Origin: Rhizodiscina lignyota
Lineage: Eukaryota
Assembly: GCA_010015805.1 (NCBI GenBank)
Contig: ML978127.1
Coordinates: forward strand, 806,001-870,000
Length of the DNA stretch: 64,000 bases
Direction of reading: 5' to 3'
Part shown: piece by piece, positions 60,372-64,000 of the stretch
How positions within the stretch are numbered: position 1 is the stretch's first letter
Layout: the number at the start of each line of letters is the position of its first letter
The notes under the pieces: generated by a model
Told to the model about the DNA's origin: nothing
Databases searched by the model: none
The model's input: only the letters and a program-made list of their open reading frames with translations
Position numbers and translations under genes: made by a program

Positions 60372-60828
60372 GTAGTATCTCGGGAGCGATAGGGGTGCAG
60401 GAGGCGCTCCGAGATCAATCAAATTCAGGGCCTTATCCCACCTAGAGTTTGGTACCATACCACCCAATTTTTCGAACCATTGCTCCTGAGATATCGGTCC
60501 CTTTGTATATGGTGGATTACCAGGCACTTGATTCTCGGCCACGAGACTTGCAGGTTCAAAAGGCAATTGTTTGTCAGCTCCAAGGCACGATCCTCACTTT
60601 TCTAGGTGAATACTACATTAATGAAAAAAGGTCTTTGTAGCCTAATAGACTCCTGGTCCTCAATGCGCAAAAAAATTAATCTCGCTGAAACAGTTCGCAC
60701 GAACTGCGGTACCATTATCTCATATACTTGAGATAATAGAGAAGCAAAACTTTAAGTTCTACATGTGATATACTTTTGATCACTGTCAACGATTGGCAGT
60801 GACATTTGCAAGTACGTGTTGACCATCT

Positions 60829-62753
60829 TCAGATCCTCCCCCTTTCCAAGAAGCTGTTCGGGATCTCAACAAACTTGGCCCTCAGATACTCAGCCACATT
60901 CTTTCCTAGAATGTCATAGGTGCTGCTACTAGCGACTCCTCTATCCAAGTGGTCGAACAGCAAGAAGTGGACGGCCCAGATATTGGGCAGCTCGAAACGT
61001 TCTACAAGCCCGCCATTGTAGTCCTCGCCCAAAAGCTCCTTGACCTTGCTGATAGTCAGTACCGAGCGAAGCCAATCAAACTCATCCTTGGATCGGACAT
61101 AGAATCCAACATTAGCATTAGAAGACTTGTCTCCGGAACGAGCATGAGCTACGTAGCCCAGAGGAGCGAGAGTAGTAGGCCCGAAGGAAGGCAAGGGTGC
61201 TGGATTTTCCGGATCATACGACGGTTGGTGACGAGGGTAGACTTTGGAATTGGCTGGAGTTGGGATATCGATCGTACGGTTTCCAATGTGGACACGCTGA
61301 GGTACCAAGTTTTGTGGGATCAAGGCGGCCCAAAATTCCTGAAGATACTCGTCAGTGCATGCTTGCCTCTCTGGCATCACAATCTATGATACTTACATAG
61401 TAAATTTTAGGTTCGCCTAGGCGCAAATCGATGCCAAATTGCGCACCTGGATATGTCTGCATCACCGTATCGACGACTGGCTGGAGAAAGGTTTCCTTCT
61501 TCAAGTCGTTCGCATCCCTCGCCTGGGCAAAGATGCGGATGTCGCAAGTCGCAGACTCTTGATTTCGAGGGTTCGGGAGCGAGCGGCCATTGCGGGACAC
61601 CCTGAAGCAGTGGTATTTGTCGACGGGAAGGACATTACGGACCTGGGTCTCAAGCATGGCCGCTTTTTCATCGATATCAAGTCCGACAGCGTAGAAATGC
61701 GCTTCGGCTTGATACCCACCGACTGCAGTGATGCCGACCTTTGTGGTTGCTGGTGCCGCTGTACCCTTAACGCCAGATACCTTGACGCGATCTTTGCCAA
61801 CCTGTTCAAAACTGATATCTGTCAAGTTCGCTACGACATCCTGGAGACCCTCTGTGAGAAACAGGACAAGTAGACGTTCATTGTAAACTTACCGAATTGA
61901 AATACCATGGACCTTGGATCTCGTATAGAAGCTGGCTTGTACATGTACTAGTTGACACGGTACCGTTTGTATTTTTCTCTTTACCGATTATAGAGGTGCC
62001 GTCGTTTGCGAGTTCAGCGATGGGATAGCCCAGACCGATGATTTGCGCTCCTGTCCCGAGCGATTTGAACCCCGACCAATTTGCACCACAAACGTAGGCT
62101 CCGCACTCAATCAAATGACCTAAGACCAGAGCACCAGCTAGCTCATCAAGTTGAGATTCACCCCAGCCATGCCACCATATGCCGGCAGCAATGACAGGAG
62201 CGGCATCTGCGGTGCGACCGGTGATCACAATGTCTGCTCCTTCAGACCAAGCTTTTGCGATGCCCTTTCCTCCCAAATAACATTGAGCATAGATAGGCTC
62301 AAAGTCCCACGAGGAGAGGTCTCGGTCAGTAGTGAGACTCTGCACTCCATCGCCCTTCTTTTGAAGGGCCTTGAGCTGTTCAATGCTGACTTCGTCACCC
62401 TCGAGCCATGCAACTTTCAGATCAAGCCCCTTGGCCTTGATCATTTGGCTAACATGCGTTGCTAGGAGCTCAGTGCTTGAGGCACCTGCATTCGCAGCGA
62501 TCTTGAGCTTCCTGGCCGCAATATCCTCCAGCGCCGGCTCCAAAGACTCAAGGAACACCTCTTCGTAGTTGGCAGCGTCTTTGTCCTTGAGTTTACCCGC
62601 CCCACGAGTCGTCATATTGTACTCGCTCATCCAGTCTCCGAAAATGACATCCACGTCTTCGTTTTTGGCCATTCGTGCGAGGACACCATGGCGATCGGTA
62701 ATGCCTCCCTCGCATCCTCCAATTCGAACTGCTCGATCTGCAACGGAAGGCAT
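60829..62753 (-). CDS. AtuA/DUF1446 (acyclic terpene utilisation) family protein, two introns
   Basis: VRIGGCEGGITDR, GDWMSEYNM, NAGAS, GADIVITGRTADA, GHLIECG, QLLYEIQGP, AHARSGDKSSNANVG, DILGKNVAEYLR. Confidence 0.92.
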
Positions 62754-63522
62754 CGCGTCTAGGGGCCTAGGACTTGAAAAAAAGGCTAAAGGACTGCTTT
62801 TCAAGCTGGAAGATAGTAAATGAACTCCTACCGTACCGTCATTCAAGTATTTATGAAATACATCCGCTGTGAAACCCCCTCATTATCCCGGTAACGCGGT
62901 CCGCACGCCGAACCCCAAGGATGAGATGGAGATACTATCTCGCTGCGACTACGCAGAGGAGGCGATTATGCAGAAGGGAAACCGGTAGAAAGCGTTAAAG
63001 GGAACAAAACAATAAGGCAGGAGGATAGAGGAGTACCTGATCTGGAATCGTTCAAGGGCGCGTGGTACACACATATCAGATTAAGCTACGGATAGTGGAA
63101 TAGGGCTGAGGGGCGAGGGGGTGGGCTAGACCTGCCCAGCTTCATTGCGACATTGAGGCTCTCCGGGCTCAAGGTCGGTTATGTCCATTGAAGGTGCTTT
63201 TGAATGTGCTAAGTTATGAGATATGGCGTCCACCCTGCATATGTAAGCCTTGGCGTGCAAATGGCGACGCGTTTGCGGTTGGACGAACGGAAAAGGAGGC
63301 GAACGCGCCACGCGCCGGCTATCACTAACCACCACACCCCGCAATGTCAGCCCTACACGACCTCCGCTAGATACTCTATAGCCCTGTGTACATCTCATTC
63401 TGCACGTGTAGTGGTGTATGTGTTGTTGGAACTTCAGCCCCTTGGCGTATTGATTTTCAATCATCGGCGCGTATCCGCCTTTTCATGTCCCTCTCTGAGC
63501 ATCGAGACGGAGACAACCCATT

Positions 63523-64000
63523 ATGCCATCGTCAAATCGACGGTCCAGCGAAGCCGACGCTGTCTATCGCCCTGTATCGCGGGTGCGGCAGGCATGCACG
63601 ACCTGCAGGTCAGCCATTCGCTCGAGCGCATACGGCCCCATACTGCACGCGTAGAGTTCGACTGACTGACTTTGAAAGGCTGAAGAAAGTACGTTGCAGC
63701 GGAGAGAAGCCGAGATGTGACAATTGTCGTAAGACAAAACGAGGTAAACTTCGGATATAATCGTTGTCGGGCTCTAGTTCATTCGAGGCAGAGTGTGAAT
63801 ACCCCGAGAACCATCGGCTTTCAAAATGTGATTACCACAACTCTACGCACCTCGTAATGATCTATTCGGTTCCTCTGTGAGCCAAGAGCTCATGATTTTG
63901 CAGGAAAACTTGCCGGCCATATTCTCCCACTTTGAAAGTCGCCTCTCTGGTATCGAGCAACTGTTGACAAAGCTCGTCAATCGGCGCGAGAGGTACGCGT
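63523..64000 (+). CDS. Zn(II)2Cys6 transcription factor, 5' part only
   Basis: Spliced reading MPSSNRR...RVRQACTTCR|LKKVRCSGEKPRCDNCRKTKR|ECEY gives all six cysteines, followed by the dimerisation heptad FESRLSGIEQLL. Runs off the right edge. Confidence 0.88.

Noticed and set aside
1..64000. Transposons, RIP-mutated AT-rich blocks, rRNA/tRNA genes, CRISPR arrays, PKS/NRPS genes
   Set aside because: No transposase or RT motifs, terminal repeats, AT-rich tracts, repeat-spacer arrays or synthase domains were seen by eye. Small ncRNAs cannot be excluded without Infernal or tRNAscan.

Overview
Eukaryotic (filamentous ascomycete, Pezizomycotina-type) genomic DNA. It has about 50% GC, short GT-AG introns with CTRAC-type branch points, about 23 protein-coding genes, and no recognisable rRNA, tRNA, CRISPR array or transposon. 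From left to right: a partial helical/TPR-like gene; an MFS sugar porter; a putative organosulfur-scavenging cluster (Seo1/Liz1-type MFS, flavin monooxygenase, two TauD dioxygenases); a ferroportin homologue; a Dal5/Tna1-type MFS with a divergent 2OG-Fe(II) oxygenase; NOT4; complex I 30 kDa subunit; DUF1349; a Flc/Pkd2-type TRP-like protein; a large conserved unknown; two divergent methyltransferases; POP1; an orphan membrane/coiled-coil protein; a degenerate metallophosphoesterase with an RGG tail; NCR1/NPC1; an isochorismatase; AtuA/DUF1446; and a partial Zn2Cys6 factor. The most striking observation concerns NOT4. The apparently separate 877-aa ORF (20185-22818) is an in-frame alternative terminal exon of NOT4, reachable from two alternative donors. 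The unusually long intron/alternative 3'UTR between them contains two competing 18-19 bp long-range RNA helices that share one central strand, a candidate RNA switch for isoform choice. All gene models and family calls come from manual reading and motif recognition, not from database searches.
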